Below are positions 9,088 through 19,384 of a stretch of 64,000 nucleotides of DNA, in pieces. The stretch spans positions 53,279 to 117,278 of the forward strand of contig CAVTZU010000010.1 in assembly GCA_963739305.1 (NCBI GenBank), read 5' to 3'. The stretch is from Candidatus Bathyarchaeota archaeon. Lineage in GTDB: Archaea > Thermoproteota > Bathyarchaeia > Bathyarchaeales > Bathycorpusculaceae. The position numbers and the translations under genes were made by a program. Position 1 is the first letter of the stretch. Every line of letters starts with the position of its first letter. The notes under the pieces are model-generated. The model worked only from the letters and a program-made list of their open reading frames with translations, searched no databases and was not told the origin of the DNA.

Positions 9088-11130
9088 CTACCTGAGAGTC
9101 ACGAGTTTCAGTTTCTCGAGGTCTCGTAAGATCTTCAGTGCATGTTCAGGGTTAGTCTCGCTGTACTCGGCTGAAACGGCTTTCATGATCTCGTACAAGC
9201 TTCGTTTTCCGTCCATGAAATTCAGAATCTCCGGCGCTTTCTTGTCGAATTCTCTGTCTTTTTCCTCGATCTCGAGGTACCATTCGAATTCTTTTTCCCC
9301 GAGCCCTTTCCTCACAACGTCAAAGCTAAGCGTTCCCTTGAACAGTCTTCGGGGAACTATCTTCTTCAAGTCGCCGCTTTCAGGTTCTTTCGTTTTAAGG
9401 GGCAACTGCAATTTCAGAGCTTTGGCAAAGTAATCCTGTACTTCATGGATTCTGGCAATTTCGCTTGCCCCCATTTTCCTAATGTCCTCACAGTAGGCGT
9501 TTAGAAGAGCGTTCAGTTCTGGGTTTTCCCCCAATCTCTTCACCGATTTGACAGCCTGTTGTTCCCGCCAGACTATGTGTTCAAGCTTGTCTTTGTAACG
9601 CTGCCCTATTCTGACTACGTCTATGGCCAGTTCCTCCGGTTTTGTTTTGGCCGCCCTTTCCTTGGTCTTGCCAATCTCTTGAACGGCTTCTCGCCTTGCA
9701 TCTTGAATTCGTGACATCCCTTTAGAAGCAACCTGAGCTGCGAGGACAAGAGCCTCCTCAGCACCAGCGTTCGCAAGCGTCAACATTGCGACCGTCGCAA
9801 TCCAGCCAACACGCTTCAGACTGTTCTCACTTACCTTATCGATTGTGTCCATGCTCGTATGATAGAACAAGTCAGGCCACTGCAGTAACATTACACAAGG
9901 GATACCTATCGTTGAATCGGTAAATTCCGCGTGGTCACTTCCCCCGCTGAACGACCCAGTCGCGTAACGAAACGTCGTGGTCGAACCGAAAGCCGAAGGC
10001 GTATCGAATTCCCTCACTGAATTCTCCATGAGGCCGAAGACAAAATCGTTCAGAAACGATGGCAGCGAGTCGGGAGTGCGATCGAGGTTAAGCGTCGACT
10101 TGCAGAGTTCCTGGTTTTGACCGACCATGTCAAGGTTAATGCCAGCGATCATTCTCGACGGGAGATCTTCATGCCGGTGCAGATAAACGATTGAACCAAA
10201 CGTCTCGGGAACCCAAAGGAAGCGGATGGTCCGCTTTGGTCGTTTAACCTTGCCCTTCGCGATCAAAGTACTGATTGTCCTGGCAATCTCCAAGAGGAGG
10301 CCACTGCCTGATGCGTTGTCATTTGCGCTAGGCTTTGGGTGACAAAGGTGAGCAATCAGAAATACCTCCTCTCTTTTCTTCGAAGTGCCGGGGATCGTGG
10401 CCGTCACGACATCGAGCTTTCCCGAAAAAAGTTTCGCGTCAACCTTTGCGTTCAACTTGACTGGCTTACCGCTTTTGAGTAGTGCTCGAAGCTGGTTTCC
10501 TTGTCTCTTGCTGAGTGAAAAACCGAACTTGACTTTTGGCAGTTCTTCCGCTGATGGCCAGATAGACTGATATGCATGTGCGTCGGGTATGTCTATGCTC
10601 TCTCTGACACCTGGCATTTCAAACGTTATTGTGTCGGTTATTACGCCTGCCGCTCCGCGCTTGTAGACGGCTTCTTCATGAACACGTTTTGCCCTGCCTG
10701 TCGCCAAAACAAGCTTGCCCTTCACGTCTTTTCCCTCATAGTCAGCCGGTTTGGTTCCTGCTCCGACGTCGACAAGTTCGGCCGTTACTCCTTTTGGCGA
10801 TGTTCCATTGCTGCAAGTGTGCAAGCATTGGGGAGTATCTTCGTAGGTCGCAATCAACTTTTCTTCAGGCTCAACGAGATGCAGTTCCGCGCTCTTCACC
10901 GTCCAACCGACTGGAGAAACGTAAGTCCAATATTTCTTCGAGCCGTCAGACTGAAATTGTTCGAGAACTGCGTCCTCAAGACCCATGTTGACCAGTTCGG
11001 TCTTGACGTACTCTGCGGCTTCATGGAACATCGTTGAAGCCTGGATCCTGTGATAACGAGATATTTGGGCAACGTAGGATTTTGCGACGTTGCCAGAGAG
11101 TTCATCTTTCACAACCTTGTTGAAACTCAT
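9088..11130 (-). CDS. M28 family metallopeptidase with PA domain (DUF4910-like)
   Basis: AHLCH, ANDNASG, VPET, NLDMVG, GSDH and YHTS zinc-peptidase motifs; C-terminal winged-helix-like tail. Confidence 0.85.
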   Translation of the reverse strand: MSFNKVVKDELSGNVAKSYVAQISRYHRIQASTMFHEAAEYVKTELVNMGLEDAVLEQFQSDGSKKYWTYVSPVGWTVKSAELHLVEPEEKLIATYEDTPQCLHTCSNGTSPKGVTAELVDVGAGTKPADYEGKDVKGKLVLATGRAKRVHEEAVYKRGAAGVITDTITFEMPGVRESIDIPDAHAYQSIWPSAEELPKVKFGFSLSKRQGNQLRALLKSGKPVKLNAKVDAKLFSGKLDVVTATIPGTSKKREEVFLIAHLCHPKPSANDNASGSGLLLEIARTISTLIAKGKVKRPKRTIRFLWVPETFGSIVYLHRHEDLPSRMIAGINLDMVGQNQELCKSTLNLDRTPDSLPSFLNDFVFGLMENSVREFDTPSAFGSTTTFRYATGSFSGGSDHAEFTDSTIGIPCVMLLQWPDLFYHTSMDTIDKVSENSLKRVGWIATVAMLTLANAGAEEALVLAAQVASKGMSRIQDARREAVQEIGKTKERAAKTKPEELAIDVVRIGQRYKDKLEHIVWREQQAVKSVKRLGENPELNALLNAYCEDIRKMGASEIARIHEVQDYFAKALKLQLPLKTKEPESGDLKKIVPRRLFKGTLSFDVVRKGLGEKEFEWYLEIEEKDREFDKKAPEILNFMDGKRSLYEIMKAVSAEYSETNPEHALKILRDLEKLKLVTLR

Positions 11131-11207
11131 GAAAGTAACACGTCCATGTCGGGCTTTGTATCTGGTGTATGTTTTTTATATGTGTATTTGTCTGTCATGT
11201 TTAAGGC

Positions 11208-12836
11208 TTGAGAATGTCTTTTGAAATCAAAGAAAAGGACTTGCTTGCAAGAATTGGCCGCCTTAAGACCAAGAGTGGAACAGTCGAGACTCCCCTGCTT
11301 TTTCCAGTCATCAACCCAGTTACACAACTCGTGCCCACGAGAAGTATGCGCGAAGAATTCGGTTTTGAAGCTCTGATAACAAACGCATACCTTCTGAAGA
11401 AACATGTAGGCGCCCAACTCAAGCAGGACGGTCTACACGATTTCCTTGATTTTGAAGGAACGATTATGACCGATTCCGGAGCGTACCAGATCCTCGTCTA
11501 CGGCGACGTAGAAGTGACGCCGAAAGAGATCGTCGAATTCCAAGAAACGATAGGATCAGACATAGCCACGATTTTGGACATACCCACAGGCTGGAAAGTG
11601 ACAGAGGAACACGCAGAAAAAACAGTTGATGAAACATGGAAGCGTGCCAAGGACTTCTTCAAGCAAAAGACCAGAGAAGACATTCTCTGGGTTGGACCAG
11701 TGCAGGGAGGAAGACACTTAGACCTTGTCGCCAAATCAGCCCAGCAGATGGGGAAGCTTCCATTTGAAATACACGCCTTAGGAAGCCCGACAGAAGTAAT
11801 GGAACGATACAGGTTTGACGTGCTTGTTGACATGATAATGACCGCAAAGATGAACCTCCCCATAGAAAAGCCACTGCATCTGTTTGGAGCAGGTCACCCG
11901 TTCATGCTTGCTCTTGCAATAGCGCTCGGATGCGACCTTTTCGATTCTGCTGCGTACGCTTTGTATGCTAAGCAAGGTCGTTACATGACAGAAACGGGCA
12001 CGTCGAGGCTGAACGAGCTGGAGTATTTCCAATGCACTTGTCCGAAATGCGCAAAGAATTCGCCCAAAGAGTTGTCTGAGATGTCACCAGACAAGGTGCA
12101 GACGTTCCTTGCCGAACACAACCTGTACGTAACCATGGCGGAGCTGAAACGAATAAAACAAGCGATAAAAGACGGAAGGCTTTGGGAACACATGCAGATG
12201 CGGGCACACTCGCACCCGTCACTTCTCAGCGCACTCAAGAAGCTCAAAAAATTCGAGGAGCACATTGAAAAACACGATGTCTCCGTTAAGAACAGCGGAC
12301 TCTTTCAGTTTGATTCTGTAGACTTGATGCGACCCGAAGTCGTTCGTTATCGAAAGAGACTTGCGGAAAGATATGTCCCGCCGAAATCGTCAATTCTGTT
12401 GCTCTCACCACAAACAAAAATGAAACCGTTTCACAAGTCTATGGAGTTTAAGGAAAGGGCACGTCACCTTAAAGAGGCGTTGGAAAGCAATACGAATGAG
12501 GTTCAGGTGTGTTTTTATGCGGCACCTTTCGGCGTCGTTCCAAGCGAACTGGATGAGATTTATCCGCTTTCACAAAACGAAACCGTGACTCCACCTGACT
12601 CTGACACGCGAAGCTACGTCGCGGACCAAGTGGCCGAGTACATTTCTCGCGCTCACTGCAAGATTGTCATCTTGCTTGACGATCCTGAGAATTGGGGAGG
12701 AACCATTCAGAAAAAGGTCCGAGCCCTCTGCAATAGCAGGAAAATCAAGTTCAGATACATAAACGCAACCAAGAACCCAAAAATCACGTCACACCGTCTT
12801 GACGCAATCTTGCAAACCTTGAGGAATCAAGCTTGA
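11208..12836 (+). CDS. tgtA: tRNA-guanine(15) transglycosylase (archaeosine)
   Basis: RIGRLKT..ETP, MTDSGAYQ, HLFGAGHP, FDSAAY and a CxCxxC zinc site. Confidence 0.93.
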   Translation: MRMSFEIKEKDLLARIGRLKTKSGTVETPLLFPVINPVTQLVPTRSMREEFGFEALITNAYLLKKHVGAQLKQDGLHDFLDFEGTIMTDSGAYQILVYGDVEVTPKEIVEFQETIGSDIATILDIPTGWKVTEEHAEKTVDETWKRAKDFFKQKTREDILWVGPVQGGRHLDLVAKSAQQMGKLPFEIHALGSPTEVMERYRFDVLVDMIMTAKMNLPIEKPLHLFGAGHPFMLALAIALGCDLFDSAAYALYAKQGRYMTETGTSRLNELEYFQCTCPKCAKNSPKELSEMSPDKVQTFLAEHNLYVTMAELKRIKQAIKDGRLWEHMQMRAHSHPSLLSALKKLKKFEEHIEKHDVSVKNSGLFQFDSVDLMRPEVVRYRKRLAERYVPPKSSILLLSPQTKMKPFHKSMEFKERARHLKEALESNTNEVQVCFYAAPFGVVPSELDEIYPLSQNETVTPPDSDTRSYVADQVAEYISRAHCKIVILLDDPENWGGTIQKKVRALCNSRKIKFRYINATKNPKITSHRLDAILQTLRNQA

Positions 12837-13438
12837 TTCAAGCAGACCTCCATCTCCATACGAACTATTCACCCGATTCATCGATAAGCCCCAAGGTGCT
12901 GGTAGAACAACTTTGTGTGCACCCGTCGATAAAGGTCATCGCGGTGACAGATCACAACACGATTCAAGGTTACGAAAAGGTTCGTGAACTAGCATCTGTC
13001 TACCCAGACGTACTTGTGATTCCCGGCGTCGAGGTGACCACGCCGCTCGGAGATTTGATACTGTTGGGCGTTGAAGAAAGTCCTCCAACGGCTCAGGACG
13101 TAAACGAGATAATCAGCTTTGCGAAAGAAAGAGCAGGTTTAATCGTCGTGCCACACCCGTTCAGAGACTGCGGACTTGGCAATTCAGTGAGGCATTATGC
13201 CGTTGATGCAATAGAAACGTTGAATGGAGGCACGCCTTCTCACGTCAATCAATTGGCCCAGAACCTAGCAAAGCGGTTAGGCTTACCCGGAGTTGCCGGA
13301 ACCGATGCCCACAACATTGACGAATTGTGGACCGTTTACAACGAAGTTCAAGCTTCAATGGATACGGATGAGATTTTGAAAGCAATCAAGAGAGGTTTGA
13401 TTAGAGTTTTCTCAACAAGAAAGTCAATATCTTTTTAA
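12833..13438 (+). CDS. PHP-domain phosphoesterase
   Basis: DLHLHT, TDHN, PGVE, PHP and GTDAH motifs. Confidence 0.88.
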   Translation: MIQADLHLHTNYSPDSSISPKVLVEQLCVHPSIKVIAVTDHNTIQGYEKVRELASVYPDVLVIPGVEVTTPLGDLILLGVEESPPTAQDVNEIISFAKERAGLIVVPHPFRDCGLGNSVRHYAVDAIETLNGGTPSHVNQLAQNLAKRLGLPGVAGTDAHNIDELWTVYNEVQASMDTDEILKAIKRGLIRVFSTRKSISF

Positions 13439-13481
13439 AAGAGCACAATCCATGATAACTGAAATAGCGGATGAAAAATAG

Positions 13482-14747
13482 ATGGCAAAGCTGCAGCTAA
13501 GATTTCTGGGTGGCACAAGAGAGGTTGGCAGGATCGCGATAGCGGCTAAGACCGAAAAAACCCAGGTCTTGCTTGATTATGGAGCAATGTTGGATCATGA
13601 ACCAGGGTTTCCCATGCACGTGCCACCGAAAGAGGTTGATGCCCTGATTCTTTCTCACAGTCACCTTGACCATTCGGGCGCAATCCCAATATTCTACGTT
13701 CAAGGCAAGAAACCTCTTTACACAAACAGGCTGACGGCAGAAATGAATCAGCTGCTCATTGCGGACTTCATCCATCTGTCAAGTTACTACCTGCCGTTCG
13801 AGTTCCTAGAGCTCAAATCGATGATGCAAAACAGCAAAAACATTGACTTCGACAGCGAACAAAAAGTCGGGGATATAACGTTCGAGTTCAAGAACGCCGG
13901 ACACATTCCAGGCAGCGTGCAGACGCTCATACAAGCTGAAGGAAAAAGACTGCTGTACACGGGCGACTTCAACCTCGCGAACACGAGGCTGCTTGATGGA
14001 GCAAAAATGAGCTACAGTGACCTGGACGCGGTCATAATTGAAAGCACCTACGCAAACGAAGATCATACCGATCGCCTAGAACTTGAAAAGCGCTTCTTCG
14101 ACGCTTGCACAGACGTCGTGGAAAGAGGCGGAACCGTCTTAGTCCCTGCTTTTGGAGTTGGCAGAAGCCAAGAGTTAGCATGCGTCCTGGCAGCACACCA
14201 CTTTGAATATTCAATAACGATCGATGGAATGGCACGTGAAGTCAGTAGGATCATGATGAGCTACCCACAGTTCCTCAAAGACCCAAGGGCATTCGCTGAC
14301 GCCATACATTCCACAAACTGGGTTGAGGGATGGAGAGACCGAAGACGAGCCATCAAAACACCAGGCGTCATAATCTCACCAGCGGGAATGCTGAAAGGAG
14401 GACCTGCGATCTTCTATGCCTCGAAGATTGGAAAGAGATCTGACAACGCTGTTTTCCTCGTGAGCTACCAGATTCCGGGAACTCCTGGGAAAGAGCTCCT
14501 TGAGAAGAAAATGTGTGTAATCGACGGAAAAATGAGGAAGATCAAGGCTCGTGTTGAACACTTCGATTTTTCATCGCATTGCGGCGCAAGCGAATTGAAA
14601 GAAGCGTTGAGAAGACTGGGTGGGAAGCCGAAGGTCTATGTCGTTCACGGCGCGGAGAGCAATTGTGAACTACTCGCAAAATGGGCAAAAAGTGAATTGG
14701 GGTTGGAAGCAACAGCGCCCCGAACTGGGGAAATTTTCAGCCTGTAG
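13482..14747 (+). CDS. Beta-CASP metallo-beta-lactamase family ribonuclease (aCPSF-like)
   Basis: SHSHLDH, AGHIPGS, YTGD, ESTY, FSSH and VHG motifs. Confidence 0.88.
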   Translation: MAKLQLRFLGGTREVGRIAIAAKTEKTQVLLDYGAMLDHEPGFPMHVPPKEVDALILSHSHLDHSGAIPIFYVQGKKPLYTNRLTAEMNQLLIADFIHLSSYYLPFEFLELKSMMQNSKNIDFDSEQKVGDITFEFKNAGHIPGSVQTLIQAEGKRLLYTGDFNLANTRLLDGAKMSYSDLDAVIIESTYANEDHTDRLELEKRFFDACTDVVERGGTVLVPAFGVGRSQELACVLAAHHFEYSITIDGMAREVSRIMMSYPQFLKDPRAFADAIHSTNWVEGWRDRRRAIKTPGVIISPAGMLKGGPAIFYASKIGKRSDNAVFLVSYQIPGTPGKELLEKKMCVIDGKMRKIKARVEHFDFSSHCGASELKEALRRLGGKPKVYVVHGAESNCELLAKWAKSELGLEATAPRTGEIFSL

Positions 14748-14759
14748 AGAGAATAAACC

Positions 14760-15323
14760 ATGAAAACTGGCATTCTGCGCCTTGGTCAAATAGATCCGGA
14801 ACTTGCTGAAAGACTTCGCGAAAGCCTCAACTCGATTTTCGCAGGTTTCGAACCGGAAATAGTCCCTGAAGAGATGCGCGTACCAGAAGAGGCTTTCGAC
14901 GTCGTAAGAAAACAATACGATGCAGATATCATCTTGAGAAAAATCGAAGACTACGCAGAAAAACAAAGCAGATTTGACCGTGTTTTGGGAGCCGTCGACG
15001 TAGATACCTTCGTCCAAAGATTAAACTTTGTATTCGGAAATGCAAAGTGTCCTGGAAAGGCAGCGTTGGTATCACTCTGGCGACTCAGACCCGAGTTCTA
15101 TGGAAGATCTTCAAATAAGGAACTGTTTTTTGGAAGAAGTGTGAAAGAAGCGGTTCATGAGCTCGGGCACACATTGGGATTGCAGCATTGCGCCAACCCA
15201 TTTTGCGTCATGCATTTCTCTAACGCGATAGTTGAAACTGACGTGAAAAAGAGTTTCTTCTGCAAGAAGTGTTCCGCTCAAGCAGAATGGGCAGCTGGAA
15301 ATGCGGGCATGAACCTTGAATGA
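14760..15323 (+). CDS. amzA: Archaemetzincin (M54) zinc protease
   Basis: HELGHTLGLQHC..CVMHFS...FCxxC. Confidence 0.9.
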   Translation: MKTGILRLGQIDPELAERLRESLNSIFAGFEPEIVPEEMRVPEEAFDVVRKQYDADIILRKIEDYAEKQSRFDRVLGAVDVDTFVQRLNFVFGNAKCPGKAALVSLWRLRPEFYGRSSNKELFFGRSVKEAVHELGHTLGLQHCANPFCVMHFSNAIVETDVKKSFFCKKCSAQAEWAAGNAGMNLE

Positions 15324-16152
15324 GAAGTTCAGAGCGCAACCTGTTCATCTGACGCCGATTCTAGTGAGCCTGTTCGTAGGGTTCTTGTGCACAGTACTTG
15401 TTATAGAATCGTCAATGAACGTGTATGCAGTCGTTCCTTTCCCTGAAGGAGTTGGGTCACTGGGCAACGGACTCTATTTCGTCATTCTCGCAGCGGTAGG
15501 AGCCTTCTTGCTGTACCTCCTCGTGAGACGCAATCGCCTTCGTCTGATCGCAGTAATAACAGGCTTTGCGATTACGGCAGCGGTTCTCCTTGTCACCGCC
15601 GTGTATCTGAGTGCGTTCTTCTCCATCTACTATGTTCCGTACGACACCTTTCTAATCATTGCAGCGTCTATAGCTCTGACGTTAGTAGCAGACTACGAGA
15701 TTTTTCGGGGAAAGGGAAACGGAAACGTTCTGACACTGCTGCTGCTCGGTGGAAGCTTGGGAGCGTTCTTGGGGGTCACTATTCCGACGTTGAGCGCCAT
15801 CCTCATCCTCAGTTTTCTGGCCATATACGACGTGTACGCAGTGTTCAGAGGCCCCGTTGGAAAAATCGCGACTGGAGGACTTGAACAACTTCGAGGACTA
15901 AGCGTGTCCTTCAAGGATGTCCAAATCGGTCTGGGCGACTTAACCTTCTACGCAATGCTCACCAGCCTCGTTATGGCGACTGCAGGCCTGACGACTGCTG
16001 GCCTGATCTTCTATGCAGTTTCTGTGACAGGCGTAATCATCGGAGCCTTTCTGGCATTCAAACTCCTCGAGAAAAAAGGAATGTTCCCGGGCCTACCCTT
16101 TTCCGTGGCCCTCGGCCTCACGCCGCTAATCGTCTGGCTTTTGCTTCGATAG
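15316..16152 (+). CDS. Presenilin/signal-peptide-peptidase (A22, GxGD) intramembrane protease
   Basis: Multi-TM; YD, IGLGD and PGLP (PAL-like) motifs. Confidence 0.85.
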   Translation: MNEKFRAQPVHLTPILVSLFVGFLCTVLVIESSMNVYAVVPFPEGVGSLGNGLYFVILAAVGAFLLYLLVRRNRLRLIAVITGFAITAAVLLVTAVYLSAFFSIYYVPYDTFLIIAASIALTLVADYEIFRGKGNGNVLTLLLLGGSLGAFLGVTIPTLSAILILSFLAIYDVYAVFRGPVGKIATGGLEQLRGLSVSFKDVQIGLGDLTFYAMLTSLVMATAGLTTAGLIFYAVSVTGVIIGAFLAFKLLEKKGMFPGLPFSVALGLTPLIVWLLLR

Positions 16153-16352
16153 AAACAAATACAAATTGTCCGAAAACCTTGATTCAGGTCCCAGTCCAGT
16201 ATCACGTCAGTTGGAACTCACGCCGAAAACCGGTCTTCGTCGATCCACAAACCTGTCGATTGAAACGTTGAGTGCATGTCAACGAAAGTTGTAGTCTGGC
16301 GACATAAAGTTTTAATCGCCGCCAAAATATCAACACCTCGACGCAGAAGGTT

Positions 16353-19160
16353 ATGTCTTTGACCACGGTGAACCTCGACAGAATTTTCAACCCGAAAAGC
16401 ATCGTCATCATAGGAGCTAGTGATGAAGAGGGCTCCGTTGGATACGCTTTAATGAAGAATTTTTTGGATGGCAAATTTGACGGCAAAATCTATGCTGTTA
16501 ACATCCGAAAAACGGAAGTTTTAGGGCTCAAAGCCTATGCAAGCGTGGGTCTTATAGCGGATCCAATCGATCTGGCGGTGATAGCTACGCCGAGCAGAAC
16601 CGTGCCTGACGTGCTCGAGCAGTGTGGAAAAGCGGGGATAAAAGGCGTGATAATTATCTCGGCGGGCTTCAAGGAAATAGGGGCTGAAGGCAAGGAATTG
16701 GAAGGAAGGATCAGCGAGATCAAAGAGAAATATGACCTTCGGATTATAGGACCAAACTGTTTGGGCGTCATCCGTCCAAGCAACCGTCTTAATGCCACTT
16801 TCATAAGCAAAATGCCCAAGCCGGGCAACGTGGCCTTCATATCGCAAAGTGGAGCACTTGGCTCCGCTATTCTTGACTGGGCGATACACGAGAACATAGG
16901 GTTCAGCAACTTCGTGTCCCTTGGCTCGATGATTGACGTTGACTTTGGGGATTTGATAGACTACTTCGGAACTGACCCAAAGACAAGAAGCATCCTCATG
17001 TACATCGAAGGAATAACGAAAGCACGAGAATTCATGAGCGCAGCTAGACACTTCGCCAGGACAAAGCCGATAATCGTCGTAAAAGCCGGAAAATTCAGCG
17101 AGAGCGCAAAAGCAGCAGCTTCACACACAGGCTCTTTGACGGGCGAAGACATGATTTATGACAAAGCTTTCAAACGAGCAGGCTGCGTCCGAGTTGACGA
17201 GATCGCTGACTTGTTCAACTGCGCCGAAGTCTTGGGAATGCAACCCTTACCGCAAGGTCCAAACCTCGCCATTATCACGAACGCAGGAGGACCAGGCGTC
17301 ATGGCAACCGACGCTCTGATAGCTAAGGGAGGAAAACTAGCCCCGATAAGCCCAGAAACGATGGAGAAACTCAACAAAGTACTACCCCCATACTGGAGCC
17401 GAGGAAACCCCATTGACATACTGGGAGATGCTAAGGCTGAAAGGTTCCGAGCAGTGGTCGAAACGTGTCTGGACGACCAGAACATAGATGGAATTCTCAT
17501 AATATACACAGCACAAGCGGTAGCCGAGCCTGTTCAAGTTGCAAAGAGCATAGTAGATCTTGTCAAGAGCAGAGGCTCTCACAACAAGACGATCTTGGCT
17601 TCATTCATGGGCTATGGAGTCGTCGAAGAAGCAAACCGCTTGCTGAACCAAAACAACATTCCAATATATTCCACGCCCGAACAAGCAATCAAGACCTACC
17701 AGTACATGTACCAGTACAAACGCAACTTGGAACTGCAGTATGAAACACCCGAAGAGCTTCCCGTTGACGTCGTTCCGCCAAGACGCCCTCTCATGGTGAT
17801 TATGAGGAACGCTGCGACGGAAGGCCGCGAAATAATGAACGAAGCAGAGGCAAAGAGGTTTCTCGAATACTACAATCTGCCTGTCGTCAAGACGAGAACC
17901 GCGCAGACCGAAGAGGAAGCCGCATTCTTGGCTTCACAGGTCGGCTATCCAGTCGTGTTGAAGATACTTTCGCCTCAGATAGTTCACAAGACCGACGCGG
18001 GCGGCGTCATCTTAGACCTCCACAATGAATCCGAGGTTCGAAGCGCATTCAACCAAATCATGAAGGCAGTGAAGCAATATGACCCCAGCGCTGAAATCTT
18101 AGGCGTCACTGTGCAGCAGATGGTCAAGGGCCAGGGATATGAAGTTATACTTGGTGCAAAGGCTGACCCACTGTTTGGACCAGTGATCCTGTTTGGGATG
18201 GGCGGCGTCGGAGTTGAGTTGTTCAAGGATTTTGCGATAGGAATTCCGCCTCTCAATCAGACCCTCGTGCGAAGGCTGATGGAGGAAACCAAAGTCTACC
18301 AACTTCTGAAAGGCTACAGAAACGTTCCCCCGGCAAACGTCAAATGTCTCGAAGAGATATTGGTCCGCTTCAGCCAATTGCTCGTCGACTTCCCACAACT
18401 CAAAGAAGTCGACATCAACCCATTGTTCATCAACGAAGAAGCTGCGATCGCCCTTGACGCTCGAATCGTGATCGACAAGGAACGTGTTTTCAAGAGGCTT
18501 GAACCTCATGAGCATCTTGTGATCACACCGTACCCGAAGAAGTACGAGACAATTTGGACCCTTCGTGACGGCAGAACCGTGTTACTGAGGCCGATCAAGC
18601 CAGAGGATGAACCTTTGTGGCTTGAGATGTTCCAGAACTTCTCAGAGCAATCGATAAGATACAGGTTCTTCCAGATCATCAAGGACACGCCGCATGAGAC
18701 AAGAGTCAGATACTGCAACATTGACTACGACAGGGAAATCGCGATAGTGCCCGAGCTGACAGAAAATGGGAAAAAGAGGATTCTCGGCGTCACACGCGTC
18801 AGCATTGAACCCGACGGTAAGAAAGGCGAGATAGCGTTCATCACGGCCGATCCGTGGCAACGGCTGGGACTTGGAACCAAGATGGTCGACTACGTGCTTG
18901 AAATATGCAAGGACATGAAACTTGAAACTGTCTACGCTATAATGCTTCAAGACAACTTCCAGGCCATCAACCTGATGAAAAAGATGGGTTTCAACATTGA
19001 ATATTCGGACGATGGAACGGTAAGAGCGACGCTTGACCTCAGAGGGGAAGAACTTATTCCATGCAATGAAACAAGAACCGTCCGAGAACGGCAAATCGAC
19101 ACGCAGCAACCACGAATGCAGCAGGAAGACCAGAAAGAAACTGAAGCGGTCTCAAGCTAG
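16353..19160 (+). CDS. ADP-forming acetate-CoA ligase (alpha+beta) fused to a C-terminal GNAT acetyltransferase (Pat/YfiQ architecture)
   Basis: CoA-binding domain, GPNCLG, SQSGA, SHTGSL, ATP-grasp HKTD.GGV; C-terminal LRPIKPED...WQRLGLGT GNAT. Confidence 0.9.
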   Translation: MSLTTVNLDRIFNPKSIVIIGASDEEGSVGYALMKNFLDGKFDGKIYAVNIRKTEVLGLKAYASVGLIADPIDLAVIATPSRTVPDVLEQCGKAGIKGVIIISAGFKEIGAEGKELEGRISEIKEKYDLRIIGPNCLGVIRPSNRLNATFISKMPKPGNVAFISQSGALGSAILDWAIHENIGFSNFVSLGSMIDVDFGDLIDYFGTDPKTRSILMYIEGITKAREFMSAARHFARTKPIIVVKAGKFSESAKAAASHTGSLTGEDMIYDKAFKRAGCVRVDEIADLFNCAEVLGMQPLPQGPNLAIITNAGGPGVMATDALIAKGGKLAPISPETMEKLNKVLPPYWSRGNPIDILGDAKAERFRAVVETCLDDQNIDGILIIYTAQAVAEPVQVAKSIVDLVKSRGSHNKTILASFMGYGVVEEANRLLNQNNIPIYSTPEQAIKTYQYMYQYKRNLELQYETPEELPVDVVPPRRPLMVIMRNAATEGREIMNEAEAKRFLEYYNLPVVKTRTAQTEEEAAFLASQVGYPVVLKILSPQIVHKTDAGGVILDLHNESEVRSAFNQIMKAVKQYDPSAEILGVTVQQMVKGQGYEVILGAKADPLFGPVILFGMGGVGVELFKDFAIGIPPLNQTLVRRLMEETKVYQLLKGYRNVPPANVKCLEEILVRFSQLLVDFPQLKEVDINPLFINEEAAIALDARIVIDKERVFKRLEPHEHLVITPYPKKYETIWTLRDGRTVLLRPIKPEDEPLWLEMFQNFSEQSIRYRFFQIIKDTPHETRVRYCNIDYDREIAIVPELTENGKKRILGVTRVSIEPDGKKGEIAFITADPWQRLGLGTKMVDYVLEICKDMKLETVYAIMLQDNFQAINLMKKMGFNIEYSDDGTVRATLDLRGEELIPCNETRTVRERQIDTQQPRMQQEDQKETEAVSS

Positions 19161-19384
19161 CCTGAATGATCGTTCCTATTACTTTTCGAGCGCGACAAGA
19201 TTTATATCGCGCAGTCAGCTTCGTTCCGAATATGACATATGTCCTAGATCAAATCAGAGTGACACATGAATGAGCAGAAAATGGAAAAAATCCGAAACAT
19301 ACATCAGAACCCGGTTTTGTAGACGTAAAGATTATCTACTCTCATCGAATCTCACATTTCCCCAATAGAAGGGGCGTCCGATAA

